This document shows, piece by piece, positions 1 through 9,504 of a stretch of 64,000 nt of DNA. The translations under genes and the position numbers were made by a program. Under the pieces are notes generated by a model that had not been told where the DNA came from, did not search any database, and was given only the letters and a program-made list of their open reading frames with translations. The number at the start of each line of letters is the position of its first letter. Position 1 is the stretch's first letter. Source of the DNA: Candidatus Poribacteria bacterium (GTDB taxonomy: Bacteria; Poribacteria; WGA-4E; WGA-3G); contig OZ251518.1 in the NCBI GenBank assembly GCA_965242965.1, forward strand, positions 2,528,001-2,592,000. The letters are read 5' to 3'.

Positions 1-474
1 GTGCGTCAGCGGCGCGTCGAACGGAATACTCCATTGCCGCGAGAGGTGCTGTTGTTCTGGGTGCTTGGCAATGGTATAGGCATCCAAACTTTGTGCGTCA
101 GGATTCGGCACAATGAGGAGTCCATCAACGGCGAGTAGCCCCGGTAAGCCTTCCGCTGTTTCTATCTTGGGCATCTCCACAGCCCCCGAAAAGAACCCAC
201 AATTGTCGGCGAGTGGGACATCGGAGGATTCGCCTCCCGGCAGTACCGCGGTGCGCTGCGGATTCGCATACGCCATCTCCCAGGCCGCCGGTTTTTTAAG
301 TTTTTGCCCACACTGCGTGCAAAAGCGAGCGAACGCGCGGTTCCAATGCCCATCAGGACATCGGAAGGCAACGGTAGCACACTGCTGGCAATACGCCACA
401 TTTGAGGGGTGTCTGTCATTCGCCGCGGGCAAATCGCAGGCGGTGTTTTGGCGTGCAGTGGGACAGATGTTCAT
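1..474 (-). CDS. Double zinc-ribbon protein with probable PQQ-like beta-propeller, partial (runs off the window start; absent from the ORF track)
   Basis: Hand translation from ATG at 474, which overlaps the upstream TGA (ATGA): MNICPTARQNTAC...YCQQCATVAFRCPDGHWNRAFARFCTQCGQKL...WEMAYANPQRT...; open to position 1. Confidence 0.75.
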   Translation of the reverse strand, partial: MNICPTARQNTACDLPAANDRHPSNVAYCQQCATVAFRCPDGHWNRAFARFCTQCGQKLKKPAAWEMAYANPQRTAVLPGGESSDVPLADNCGFFSGAVEMPKIETAEGLPGLLAVDGLLIVPNPDAQSLDAYTIAKHPEQQHLSRQWSIPFDAPLTH

Positions 475-1112
475 TTTCCGTTCTCCATCTCGGAATAAAC
501 GAGGATAATCTCAATTCGGCGGTTTTTCGCGCGGCCTACCTTTGTCCAATTGGTGGCAACCGGGTGGTGTTCGCCGTATCCTGTCGCGTTGAGCGTGCGC
601 GCGTCGATGCCGATTTCATCAACGAAAAGCCGTAATACGGCAATTGCGCGTGCCGATGAGAGCTCCCAGTTTGATGGAAACTGCTCAGTCTCAATCGGAA
701 TGTTGTCGGTATGTCCGTTGATTTGCACGCTCTGGTATAACCGCTTGCCTTTCTCGTCGATTTTGTAACGCTGCAATAATCTCCCGACAGCAGTGAGCGT
801 CGTCCGTCCGAGGGGTTGCAATTCTGCTTCCGCGGTGTGGAAGAGGATCCTGTCGCTAAAACTAAACCGTTGCAGGTTTCCATCGCTTTCAATTGCAATG
901 GTGCCGTTCGCTATCTCTCTTGCAAACGCTTTCGCGAACGCCGCTTGGATAGTCTCCTGCTTTTTCTCCATCCGAATTTTCAGAATCAGTTTGCTGTTGG
1001 CAATGAACTGAATGAAAAGGAAGAACAGGAAGATAAGCAGCATCGCGATTGCGACATCGGTAAAAGCGGGCCAGATATTCAGAACGGAAGTCTGCCGCAT
1101 GCGTAAATCCAT
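471..1112 (-). CDS. MotB/OmpA-family protein (ZorB-like)
   Basis: TM helix with conserved Asp (WPAFTD); OmpA-like domain (GHTD, SNWELSSARA, NRRIEI); GGGGAG RBS before ATG 1112. Confidence 0.9.
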   Translation of the reverse strand: MDLRMRQTSVLNIWPAFTDVAIAMLLIFLFFLFIQFIANSKLILKIRMEKKQETIQAAFAKAFAREIANGTIAIESDGNLQRFSFSDRILFHTAEAELQPLGRTTLTAVGRLLQRYKIDEKGKRLYQSVQINGHTDNIPIETEQFPSNWELSSARAIAVLRLFVDEIGIDARTLNATGYGEHHPVATNWTKVGRAKNRRIEIILVYSEMENGK

Positions 1113-1126
1113 TGAAATCTCCCCCG

Positions 1127-3259
1127 CTACTTTTCTCCCCGGAACCACCGGTGGATTGCAGCATTCCAACGGGCTACCCAGGTTTGACGCGCGATGCTCT
1201 GAAGGCCGTCTAGTTTTTGAGAAATTTCCCGCGTTTGACGCGCAGTGTCCTGAAGGCCGTCTAGTTTTTGAGAAATTTCCCGCAACAAATCCATTACAGC
1301 CGGTTGCAAATTGTCAGGAGTTTGCGGACCTCCTGCCCCCGGCGCAGGTTGTTGGGGAAGTTGTTGCATATTCTGGACTAAGTTGCGGAGGAGTTGATTC
1401 TGCTCCTGAGTCAGGCCGCCTGACTCAACGAGATGGCTTTCAATTTCCTGCAACACCCGATTTTGCGTCTCCAAAGTTGGACGAATCTGCAGCTCATTTG
1501 CGAGATGTCTAAACAACTGGTTCTGCGTATCAAGTGCCGCACCAATCTGCAACTCATCCGCAATTCGTTGAAGTAGCTGGTTTTGCACATCAAGTGCCGC
1601 ACCAATCTGCAACTCGCCTTCCAATCGCCGGATGGCCTGTAGGATGTCCCGTTGAATCGCCTCGCTGGCCTGAAAGGATGCGCCAAACTGTTGTCCGTTT
1701 ATGTCAAGTTGTTCTTTAATCCGCTCAAACGCCTGATTCTGTGCCTCAATTGCCGGGCGGATTTTCAACTCATCTGCTAATTGCGTCAGGACCTGGGCGA
1801 CATTCTGCTGCTGTCCTGTGATGCCGCGAATCTCGGCGAGCAACGCATTAGAAAGATTGTTAAGGAGTTCAGATTGTGAGTCCTGATACTCGCGAAGTGC
1901 GGCGTGCGATGCCTCCCGTTCCTCCGTTACCAATTGCATCAGGTTATCTGTCAATTGCGTGAGGAACTGCACGACATTCTGCTGCTGTCTTGTGATGTCC
2001 TGCATCTCGGTGAGCAAGTCATCGGAGAGTTTCTTAAGGTATTCGGATTGCGATGCCTGATACTCACGAAGTGCGGCGTGTGATGCCTCCCTCTCCTCCG
2101 CTACCAATTCCATCAAGGCACGCACCGTATCCTGCTGCCGCTCTGATACGGTTTGAACTTGGGTTTGCAAGGCAGTGGAGAGTTTGTCAATGAGCTCGGA
2201 TTGCGATGCCTGATACGCTTGAATCGCCGCTTGCAACGCTGCGCTCTCGTCTTCTAACCGCGGCACCGACTCTTCTAGGGCTTGGTTCAGCGCGTCTTGA
2301 TAGCCGCCAATTTCAGCCCTTGACTGCGCTGTCATGTCCTTAAACGAGTCAATAGCAGATGTAATCACCACCTGATACTCGTTGATTCCCGCTAGGCTTT
2401 TCAGGAGATTCTCCGCGGTTTCGTCAAACTTGAATGCCAGTATCTGTTGTTGCTCAAGATACCCACCCGATGAAGTCCGCATGAATTCTTGAATAGCGTT
2501 CTGCATCGCTGCGACATTTTCATCTGTAGTGAACTTCAACATTTTGGTGCATTCGGCGAGTTGCTTAACAGCGGAATCAATGGAGGCTTCCGGCGTTTGC
2601 GTGAAACGCGGTAATATTTCCTTTGACACGAATTCCTCAAGCGCGGTGCGAAAAGACGATTGCACGCGATTGAAAACCAAACCGACGAGACCTAAAACCA
2701 GGGACGTTAGTAGCCCGGCTATCGTGGTGCCAAACGCCGTGCTCATCCCGCCGACGGTGAGTTCCAGTGTCTTAGAAATTTCAGCGAGTTCCTCAAAATC
2801 TTCGATGCCTGTCACAATGGGACGCACTTCGGTGAGCGCGGTAATTAAACCCCATAATGTCCCCACCAAACCGAGGATAATCAGGATACCGAGGATGTGG
2901 TTCGCGAAACTGGCTCTTCGGCTCTCCTTGCCGGTGAGAATGTCAGCGAGGGCATCGTTGTCAACCTGTCCGCCGCTGTCTCTAATTTGGAGCAAGGCCT
3001 TGATGCGCTGGTAAATAATGCTTTGATCCCACACCTTCGTCTCGTCGAGTATGGCAAGCAACTGGGAGATATCGCCGAACCCGTGGTTGCGCGTAAAATA
3101 GGTTTGGACGCGCCACAGATTTCCCCACTGCCTTCCTATCAACGCAATTTGCAAAAGGTAGTTGATAATACCAATTACAAAGAAACCGCAAATCGTCCAG
3201 ACGATGCTGCTACCGATGTCATTGTCAAGGGTGAAAATAAAAATGAAAAGTTCGCCCAC
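1127..3259 (-). CDS. MotA/TolQ/ExbB-family membrane protein with ~500-aa coiled-coil tail (ZorA-like)
   Basis: LGLVGTLWGL and GMSTAFGTTIAGL TM motifs, then a long Q/E/L-rich helical tail with internal repeats; directly upstream of the MotB-like gene. Confidence 0.8.
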   Translation of the reverse strand: MGELFIFIFTLDNDIGSSIVWTICGFFVIGIINYLLQIALIGRQWGNLWRVQTYFTRNHGFGDISQLLAILDETKVWDQSIIYQRIKALLQIRDSGGQVDNDALADILTGKESRRASFANHILGILIILGLVGTLWGLITALTEVRPIVTGIEDFEELAEISKTLELTVGGMSTAFGTTIAGLLTSLVLGLVGLVFNRVQSSFRTALEEFVSKEILPRFTQTPEASIDSAVKQLAECTKMLKFTTDENVAAMQNAIQEFMRTSSGGYLEQQQILAFKFDETAENLLKSLAGINEYQVVITSAIDSFKDMTAQSRAEIGGYQDALNQALEESVPRLEDESAALQAAIQAYQASQSELIDKLSTALQTQVQTVSERQQDTVRALMELVAEEREASHAALREYQASQSEYLKKLSDDLLTEMQDITRQQQNVVQFLTQLTDNLMQLVTEEREASHAALREYQDSQSELLNNLSNALLAEIRGITGQQQNVAQVLTQLADELKIRPAIEAQNQAFERIKEQLDINGQQFGASFQASEAIQRDILQAIRRLEGELQIGAALDVQNQLLQRIADELQIGAALDTQNQLFRHLANELQIRPTLETQNRVLQEIESHLVESGGLTQEQNQLLRNLVQNMQQLPQQPAPGAGGPQTPDNLQPAVMDLLREISQKLDGLQDTARQTREISQKLDGLQSIARQTWVARWNAAIHRWFRGEK

Positions 3260-3364
3260 GCAGTTATCTCCATGAAGTGAAAACGATTAAGACTTATCCA
3301 TAAAGCATACCAAATTTCACCAAAAAAGTCAAATTCAATTTTTTCAAGCGCGCAGAATGCATTT

Positions 3365-3745
3365 GAAAGCGCGCCTACCGTCCGTAGGAGAGACCTCCCG
3401 GTCTCGATGCAATAGGGCTGCGCGCCTACCGGGGCCGCGGCGGCAGAAAGTCCCCCTTCATCGTAGGGCTTGGGCCCTCGCATGCCACACGCGCATCCGA
3501 GCGGGTTCCCCTCGCCAGCGTGCGTGCACGTGGAATCCAACGATCGCGGGGGACAGGCCCCCGCGCTACGAAAAAAAACGGCACTTCACCGTAGGGCGAG
3601 GGCCTGTCCCTCGCCATGCTGCGGTCTATCGAAAACTCGCGGAGGACAGGCCCCCGCGCTACGGGCACATCGAGACTAGGAGGTCTCTCCTACCGGAAAT
3701 CAAGCCCCGAGGTCTCTTCTACCGGCATGCATCGAGACCGGAAAC
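3365..3745. repeat. Mosaic cluster of GTAG-led palindromic REP-like units
   Basis: Contains GTAGGGCGAGGGCCTGTCCCTCGCC, CGCGGGGGACAGGCCCCCGCGCTAC and GTAGGAGAGACCTCCCGGTCTCG units that recur throughout the window. Confidence 0.9.
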
Positions 3746-3777
3746 GGCATTCTTTTTGAAGGCAGTCGAAAATAATT

Positions 3778-3805
3778 TGACATATTTCACAAAATGTAGT
3801 ATAAT
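3778..3805 (+). promoter_or_regulatory. Sigma70-like promoter for the ABC substrate-binding gene
   Basis: TTGACA...TATAAT near-consensus hexamers at canonical spacing, upstream of AAGGAG RBS and ATG 3890. Confidence 0.65.
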
Positions 3806-3889
3806 TAATGATAGTTTTTAAGAGTAGGGAAACGTTGCAAGGAAACCGTTTTTTCTGCCGTTCCCCGCTCAAACCTAAAGGAGATATTT

Positions 3890-5524
3890 ATGAATACGAA
3901 ATATAGCGCAGTTCAAACACGCGCATTTTCAATTGTCACGGCGATTTTTGTCGCACTGTTTTCACTCTCGGCAGTGTTGCTGTCCGGGTGTGAACGAATG
4001 AGTGAAGTGGTAGCCCCACCGGATACCACAGCGGCGACGTTGAAGGTTGGCGTGATTCAGCCTTCAAAGTATTATACCTCTTACACCAAAGGCGCGGAGC
4101 TCGCCCGGGCTGAGCTCAACGCTGCAGGGGGTATCCTCGGCATGCAGGTGGAGTTTGTCCCCCGGGATAACCAGACTTCTCCGGATGCGTTTCCTATGCC
4201 GGAAGCAACTATCCAAGTCGCCACAGAGTTAGTTGAGATGGAGAAAGTCGCGGCCATCCTCGGTCCAATTTTCTCAACGAACGCGGTGGAGATTGCGCCG
4301 ATTATTGAGATTCCGACACTCGCTGCCGCAACGGATGCGAGGGTCACAAAGGCAGGCGAGTTTATCTTTGTCGTCGGCGCGCCTAACAGTTTACACGGCC
4401 AGGGCATTGCGGAATTCGCCGTGAATGAACTGGAAGCCAAAACAGCCGCCACGATTCACCAAGACGGCGATGTCTACTCCATGGGACATCTCAACGCTTT
4501 CAATGAGCGTTTTAAGGCACTCGGTGGAGAGATTGCTGTCGCCGATGTTTATCAATCCGGCGATACGGACTTTAGCGCGCAACTCGCGAAAGTGAAAGCC
4601 GAAGCACCGGATGTCCTCCTCCTCTCTAGTTTCGCACCTGAGGTGCCCTTGTTGATTAAACAAGCGAAGGAGATGGAGATTACTGCAACCATCATTGGTG
4701 GTGATGGATGGGCGGATCCCGAGCTATTTTTCACCACGTTAGAAGATAACACGCCGTTAGACGGAAGTTACTTCACAACGGGACTTTCCGACCTCTCAAA
4801 CGCGCCGCCAAGCACACAGACGTTCATCGCGGCCTATACTGAAATGTATGGGATGGCACCCGATAGTGTGGCAGCGTCGGGCTATGACGGGATGAAACTC
4901 TTGGCCATGGGCATTAAAGAGGCGGCATCAACAGATGCAGTCGCCGTGCGCGATGCAATCGCCGCAATCACGGACTACGCCGGTGCAACGCTCATCTCTC
5001 GTTACGATGAAAACCGCAACCCTGTCAAAGAAATTGGCGGTGTTCTGGAAATTCGTGATGGGAAAACCCAGCCCTACGTCGCAATGCCAGAAACGGATGC
5101 GATGCCTGATGCAGGGGACATGACTACGGATACTCCCGCAACGACAGATGAAACCGCGGGTGCTGAGGACATGCCTCCGGTAACAGATGAAACCGCGGGT
5201 GAGGATATGCCTCCGGCAACAGATGAACCCACCGATGAGAAGGCAGATCCTGCTAAAGAGAAGGACGCTGCTGATGCAGGGGACATGCCCAAGGATACTC
5301 CCGGGGCGACAGATGAACCCACCGATGAGACAAAGGATCCTGCTAAAGAGAAGGATACTGCCGGTGCAGGGGACATGCCCAAGGATACTCCCGGGGCGAC
5401 AGATGAACCCACCGATGAGACAAAGGATCCTGCCGATGCGGGGAACATGACCAAGGATAAACCTGCAACGACGGAGGATGAAACCGACGACACGACAGAC
5501 AAGTCTGAGGATACATCTAAGTAG
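3890..5524 (+). CDS. Branched-chain amino acid ABC-type substrate-binding lipoprotein (LivJ/LivK family) with acidic repeat tail
   Basis: Lipobox LLSGC; LNAAGGILG, DFSAQLAKVK, IIGGDGW and GYDG motifs; C-terminal 30-aa D/E/T/P repeats. Confidence 0.9.
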   Translation: MNTKYSAVQTRAFSIVTAIFVALFSLSAVLLSGCERMSEVVAPPDTTAATLKVGVIQPSKYYTSYTKGAELARAELNAAGGILGMQVEFVPRDNQTSPDAFPMPEATIQVATELVEMEKVAAILGPIFSTNAVEIAPIIEIPTLAAATDARVTKAGEFIFVVGAPNSLHGQGIAEFAVNELEAKTAATIHQDGDVYSMGHLNAFNERFKALGGEIAVADVYQSGDTDFSAQLAKVKAEAPDVLLLSSFAPEVPLLIKQAKEMEITATIIGGDGWADPELFFTTLEDNTPLDGSYFTTGLSDLSNAPPSTQTFIAAYTEMYGMAPDSVAASGYDGMKLLAMGIKEAASTDAVAVRDAIAAITDYAGATLISRYDENRNPVKEIGGVLEIRDGKTQPYVAMPETDAMPDAGDMTTDTPATTDETAGAEDMPPVTDETAGEDMPPATDEPTDEKADPAKEKDAADAGDMPKDTPGATDEPTDETKDPAKEKDTAGAGDMPKDTPGATDEPTDETKDPADAGNMTKDKPATTEDETDDTTDKSEDTSK

Positions 5525-5591
5525 TCAGGGTGTTTCTGGGACAGATACGCTGTCAGTTGCTCTGTGGATAGCACAGACGCAAAACGATAAG

Positions 5592-5630
5592 GGTAGACGC
5601 GCTTTGTAAGCGCGCCTACCCGTTTTTATT
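5592..5630 (+). terminator. Hairpin plus T tract, built from a GTAG repeat pair
   Basis: GGTAGACGCGCTT-TGT-AAGCGCGCCTACC followed by TTTTT, downstream of the stop codon. Confidence 0.55.
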
Positions 5631-5637
5631 GCAAGGT

Positions 5638-6900
5638 TTTGCGAGGGACAGGCCCTCGCTCTACGCGCACTAAAAACGTCCCTTCAAATCGTAGGGCGCG
5701 GGCCCTCGCAGGTTTCCACACGCGCAGGCGAGCGGGTTTCCCTCGCCATCGTTTCGCGCAAGTCAACCCGTGCGAAGGCCAGCACGCCGCCACCCCTATA
5801 GGTCAAGATCGCCCGATCTTGACCCGTTTGTGATCAGGCGATCACAAACTACAGAGCACGCCCCCTTCATCGTAGGGCGAGGGCCTGTCCCTCGCCATGC
5901 AACGATCGCGGGGGACAGGCCCCCGCGCTACGGCACCTAAAAACGTTCCTTCAAATCGTAGGGCGAGGGACAGGCCCTCGCCATGCGTCGGTCTTAGCAG
6001 CAAACATCCGTGGTTTCTGGGTTGCGGGCGTTTTCCGCCTAGGTTGAGAGATCGCGGGGGACAGGCCCCCGCGCTACGGCACCTAAAAACGTTCCTTCAA
6101 ATCGTAGGGCGAGGGCCTGTCCCTCGCCATGCCAATCGTCTGAAGCAGGATTTACAAGATTATAGGATTTACAAGATTATAGGATTTACAAGATTAGGAA
6201 CTCTAGTCTCCAACCGATGCAGAGCTGCAGGAAAACGATGCTTTAGGTCCGTAGGCCCTGAAGAAGCGGGCCTTTGCAAAAACAGCCTCACCAATCACAA
6301 GGGAGATAATCCTGAAAATCGTGTAAATCTTGCAAATCCTGCTTCAGACACCTAGAGGCATCGCGGGGGACAGGCCCCCGCGCTACGGTGCAGGCAGCAA
6401 ATTGCATCAAGACCGGGAGGTCTCTCCTACCGGGGGACAGGCCCCCGCGCTACGGTTGTCAAGACCGCCTCCGTTTCATCGTAGGGCGAGGGCCTGTCCC
6501 TCGCCGTGCCTAAGGTCCTTTAGGTCCTTAATGTCTATAGTTCCTCGCGACACGATGAACCTAAGGTCCTTTAGGTCCTTAATTGCAGTTGTGCCGTATG
6601 TCTCATTTCATTAAGGATCTAGCGGACCTTGAAAACGATGACAAGCACGTTTGTCTATAGACATGCAGGACCTAAAGGACCTGAAGAAGTGGGCCTTTGC
6701 AAAAACGGCATCACCAATCACAAGGGAGATAATCCTGAAAATCTTGTGAATCTTGTGAATCCTGCTTCAGACACCTAGAGGCATCGCGAGGGACAGGCCC
6801 TCGCGCTACGGTATCGCGGGCGTTATGATTTTGCGAGGGACAGGCCCTCGCGCTACGGTGAGCATGCGTTATGGTTTTGCGAGGGATAAGCCCTCGCATT
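5638..6900. repeat. ~1.3-kb mosaic repeat cluster
   Basis: More than 10 GTAG palindromes, an 18-nt tandem AGGATTTACAAGATTAT-type unit, and AGGTCC/GGACCT units. Confidence 0.9.
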
Positions 6901-6917
6901 CCGGTGAGCAGCGCGCA

Positions 6918-8048
6918 TTATGGCATATCAGGTGGAACAGGCAGATGCGCTACGACCCCTGCATGGTCTGACGGCCAGATACCCGAAGGAAGCATCTCTC
7001 CCTGTTTATCTCCCACCGTGTGCGTTACCACGGGACCGGCGAGCTTATAATTCCGCACGAAAACCTGATCGATGCGATAAGACAACCCACTCTCCATATT
7101 CCCAAGCCCAGCGGCTTGACAACAGGTATTCCCAGTAACACCCGCCTCCATCTGCCATACGTCAACGTATCCCGCCGATAACAGCATCTGGTAGGCAGTG
7201 CCATCGGGTGCCGCCGTGTTAAAATCGCCTAGTAAGATGATAGGCAAGGTTTCATCCTGAAGCAGCGTTATCAACTCCTGCGCTTGCGCAACCCGAATCG
7301 GTTCACCGAACGCCTCTAGGTGCGTATTAACAACGCGATAGGTAACCCCGCCAACCGTCGCATCTATCGCGACGTAACCTCTCGGCACTTCCAGCAGGAG
7401 CGTCTCAATAGAGAGCGCGTTCATAAAGTGCGCGCTTTCCACGCGTGAGACGATGACATCGCTGCGCGTGAGAATCACATCGGAGTCAGTCAGTCGCGCG
7501 TCGTCAATCCCGTTGTCAGTGAACATCGGCATCTCAATATCAATGTTTTCGACTTTAGCGGCGACCTGATAACTCAAACCTTCCGCTTGTAGCGCGTCCA
7601 TCAAAATTTGCTGAAAATCAAGGACGACCTCTTCCGCCTGCACTTCGCCGCCGGCAATTCGATCTCCCGGGGACTGCCGCCTCACCAAGGATACCTCTTG
7701 TAAGCCGACGATATGCGGTTGCGATGCCTTGATAGACTTGGCAATCGACGCGGCGCGAGACGGAAAATCAGAAGCGATAACGCCGTTATACATGTTAGCG
7801 ACTTCTGTCGGCACCTGGAGCAGGTTCGTTGTCGCCAAAAGCGGGTCTGCACTCGCGCCGACGTAGACGTTGTAAGTCATCACCGACAGTTGTTCCACTT
7901 CGGGGGCATCAACAGGCGGTGCGATGACGGTATCGGTTATTTTCTCGCATCCCGAAAGGAGAGCGAGAATGATTAAAAGGGAAAAAACCATTTGCGAGGG
8001 AAAGGCACTCGCGCTACGGTAACGTGTTGCTGTTCTGAGTTTTGGCAT
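6918..8048 (-). CDS. Endonuclease/exonuclease/phosphatase family lipoprotein
   Basis: MTYN, GLQE, NTHLE, GDFN, RIDQ and SDH motifs; lipobox LLSGC; start uncertain. Confidence 0.85.
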   Translation of the reverse strand: MPKLRTATRYRSASAFPSQMVFSLLIILALLSGCEKITDTVIAPPVDAPEVEQLSVMTYNVYVGASADPLLATTNLLQVPTEVANMYNGVIASDFPSRAASIAKSIKASQPHIVGLQEVSLVRRQSPGDRIAGGEVQAEEVVLDFQQILMDALQAEGLSYQVAAKVENIDIEMPMFTDNGIDDARLTDSDVILTRSDVIVSRVESAHFMNALSIETLLLEVPRGYVAIDATVGGVTYRVVNTHLEAFGEPIRVAQAQELITLLQDETLPIILLGDFNTAAPDGTAYQMLLSAGYVDVWQMEAGVTGNTCCQAAGLGNMESGLSYRIDQVFVRNYKLAGPVVTHTVGDKQGEMLPSGIWPSDHAGVVAHLPVPPDMP

Positions 8049-8075
8049 ATTTATCTCCAAATGCGTTGAGTGGGA

Positions 8076-9458
8076 TTATTGCACGCGTTGCGCATACAAA
8101 AACTCCCCCTCCATCGCGGTTAATTTGACGCGTAAAATGTCGTTAATCCACGTCTCTGGCCCTGTTTTTGGCCCTGTTTTTGTCGATGAATCCGACGTAT
8201 CCACGAGGACACGCAGATAGTTATCCGTAAAACCGGTGAGATGATTTTGCGCTTTGCCTTCCCGGCTGTCTTCCACGAGCAGTTCTGCGTGTTTTCCGAG
8301 CATCCGCCGCCGAAATGCCGTGCCGAGCCGCTCGCCTAACTGAATCATCGCGCGACTGCGCGCCGCGGAAACGTGCGGAGAAACCGCGTCTTCGTAGGTG
8401 GCAGCCGGTGTGCCTTTGCGCGGCGAATACCGAAACACATGCAACTGACTGAAGCCGATCTGTTCCACAAATCGGAGCGAGGTTTCAAAATCTACCTCGG
8501 TCTCACCGGGGAATCCTACCATGATGTCAGTCGTCATCCCGACATCATCGGTAAAGAGTGTGCGCAGTTTCTCAACGAGGTGTGCGAACTGCGCGGTGGT
8601 ATAACGGCGACGCATCCGCCGCAAGATGTTATCGGAACCAGATTGCAGCGGGAGATGGAAGTGCGGCATGCACTTCGGCAACGCAGCCATCCGTTCGGCG
8701 AGGATATCCGGAAAATACATCGGTTCAATTGAACTGAACCGGATGCGCGCGATGCCTTCGATTCCGTGAATCTGTTCCAAGATGTCGGCGATATTTTTGT
8801 CTCTACCCGTGTCCAATCCGTAAGCACCGAGGTGCACACCGGTAATGACGATTTCCTTAATGCCGTTATCGGCGATGCGGCGCGCTTCCTCAACGATGTC
8901 AGCAAGTGGCCGGCTCGTCATGCGGCCCCGCACATAAGGAATGATGCAGTAGGTGCAGAAGGCACTGCATCCATCTTGCACCTTGATGAGGGCGCGCGTC
9001 CGTTTCCCTGCACTACTCACGCCGCTGCTGAAACGCGCATGTTCGCGAACGGCATCGTGTTGCACCGGTTGAAGAGGGAGGAGCGTTTTCGGTGTTGTGG
9101 GCAGGCGTGGCATTTCAGCGTCTAACGCGTCTAGATACGTCTGAAAATCGGCTTTTTCGCGGTTGCCGAAGACGCAGGTTACGCCGGGGATTTGCTCAAT
9201 CGCACCCCGGTCGCTTTCGGCGTAACACCCTGTGACAAGCACTTTAGCATCCGGATTCTCGCGGAGGGCACGCCGAATTACCTGGCGTGCCTTCTGGTCC
9301 GCCGCATTGGTGACAGTGCAGGTATTGATAAGATAGAGATCGGCGCGAGGGGTGTCCTCAACGACGGTGTAGCCGTTGTGGAGGAGCGTCTCCTGCATCG
9401 ACTGCGTATCGTATTGGTTCACCTTGCATCCCATCGTAATGAGTTTAACTGTCTTCAT
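8076..9458 (-). CDS. mtaB: tRNA t6A37 methylthiotransferase MtaB
   Basis: GCKVNQYD, NTCTVT, radical-SAM CSAFCTYC, ITGVHLG; follows rsmE. Confidence 0.93.
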   Translation of the reverse strand: MKTVKLITMGCKVNQYDTQSMQETLLHNGYTVVEDTPRADLYLINTCTVTNAADQKARQVIRRALRENPDAKVLVTGCYAESDRGAIEQIPGVTCVFGNREKADFQTYLDALDAEMPRLPTTPKTLLPLQPVQHDAVREHARFSSGVSSAGKRTRALIKVQDGCSAFCTYCIIPYVRGRMTSRPLADIVEEARRIADNGIKEIVITGVHLGAYGLDTGRDKNIADILEQIHGIEGIARIRFSSIEPMYFPDILAERMAALPKCMPHFHLPLQSGSDNILRRMRRRYTTAQFAHLVEKLRTLFTDDVGMTTDIMVGFPGETEVDFETSLRFVEQIGFSQLHVFRYSPRKGTPAATYEDAVSPHVSAARSRAMIQLGERLGTAFRRRMLGKHAELLVEDSREGKAQNHLTGFTDNYLRVLVDTSDSSTKTGPKTGPETWINDILRVKLTAMEGEFLYAQRVQ

Positions 9459-9504
9459 TTCTTTGTTGTTCCTAGCGGTTGTTCGAGGTTTGATGTGCCG
9501 CCTA

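Noticed and set aside
162-419. Track ORFs 162-419 (-) and 113-508 (+)
   Set aside because: Shadow ORFs of the zinc-ribbon gene 474->1, which has motifs and translational coupling
471-3259. Flagellar stator motAB
   Set aside because: The MotA-like protein has a ~500-aa tail and there are no flagellar or chemotaxis genes nearby
3357-3821. ORFs with RARACPSP / VARGPVPR / GGQAPALR peptides in intergenic regions
   Set aside because: These are translations of the palindromic repeats and recur in several frames; there is no evidence they are genes
5638-6900. Repeat clusters (also 27920-29300) as CRISPR arrays
   Set aside because: Units vary in type, orientation and spacing, the intervening sequences are themselves repeated, and no cas genes are present
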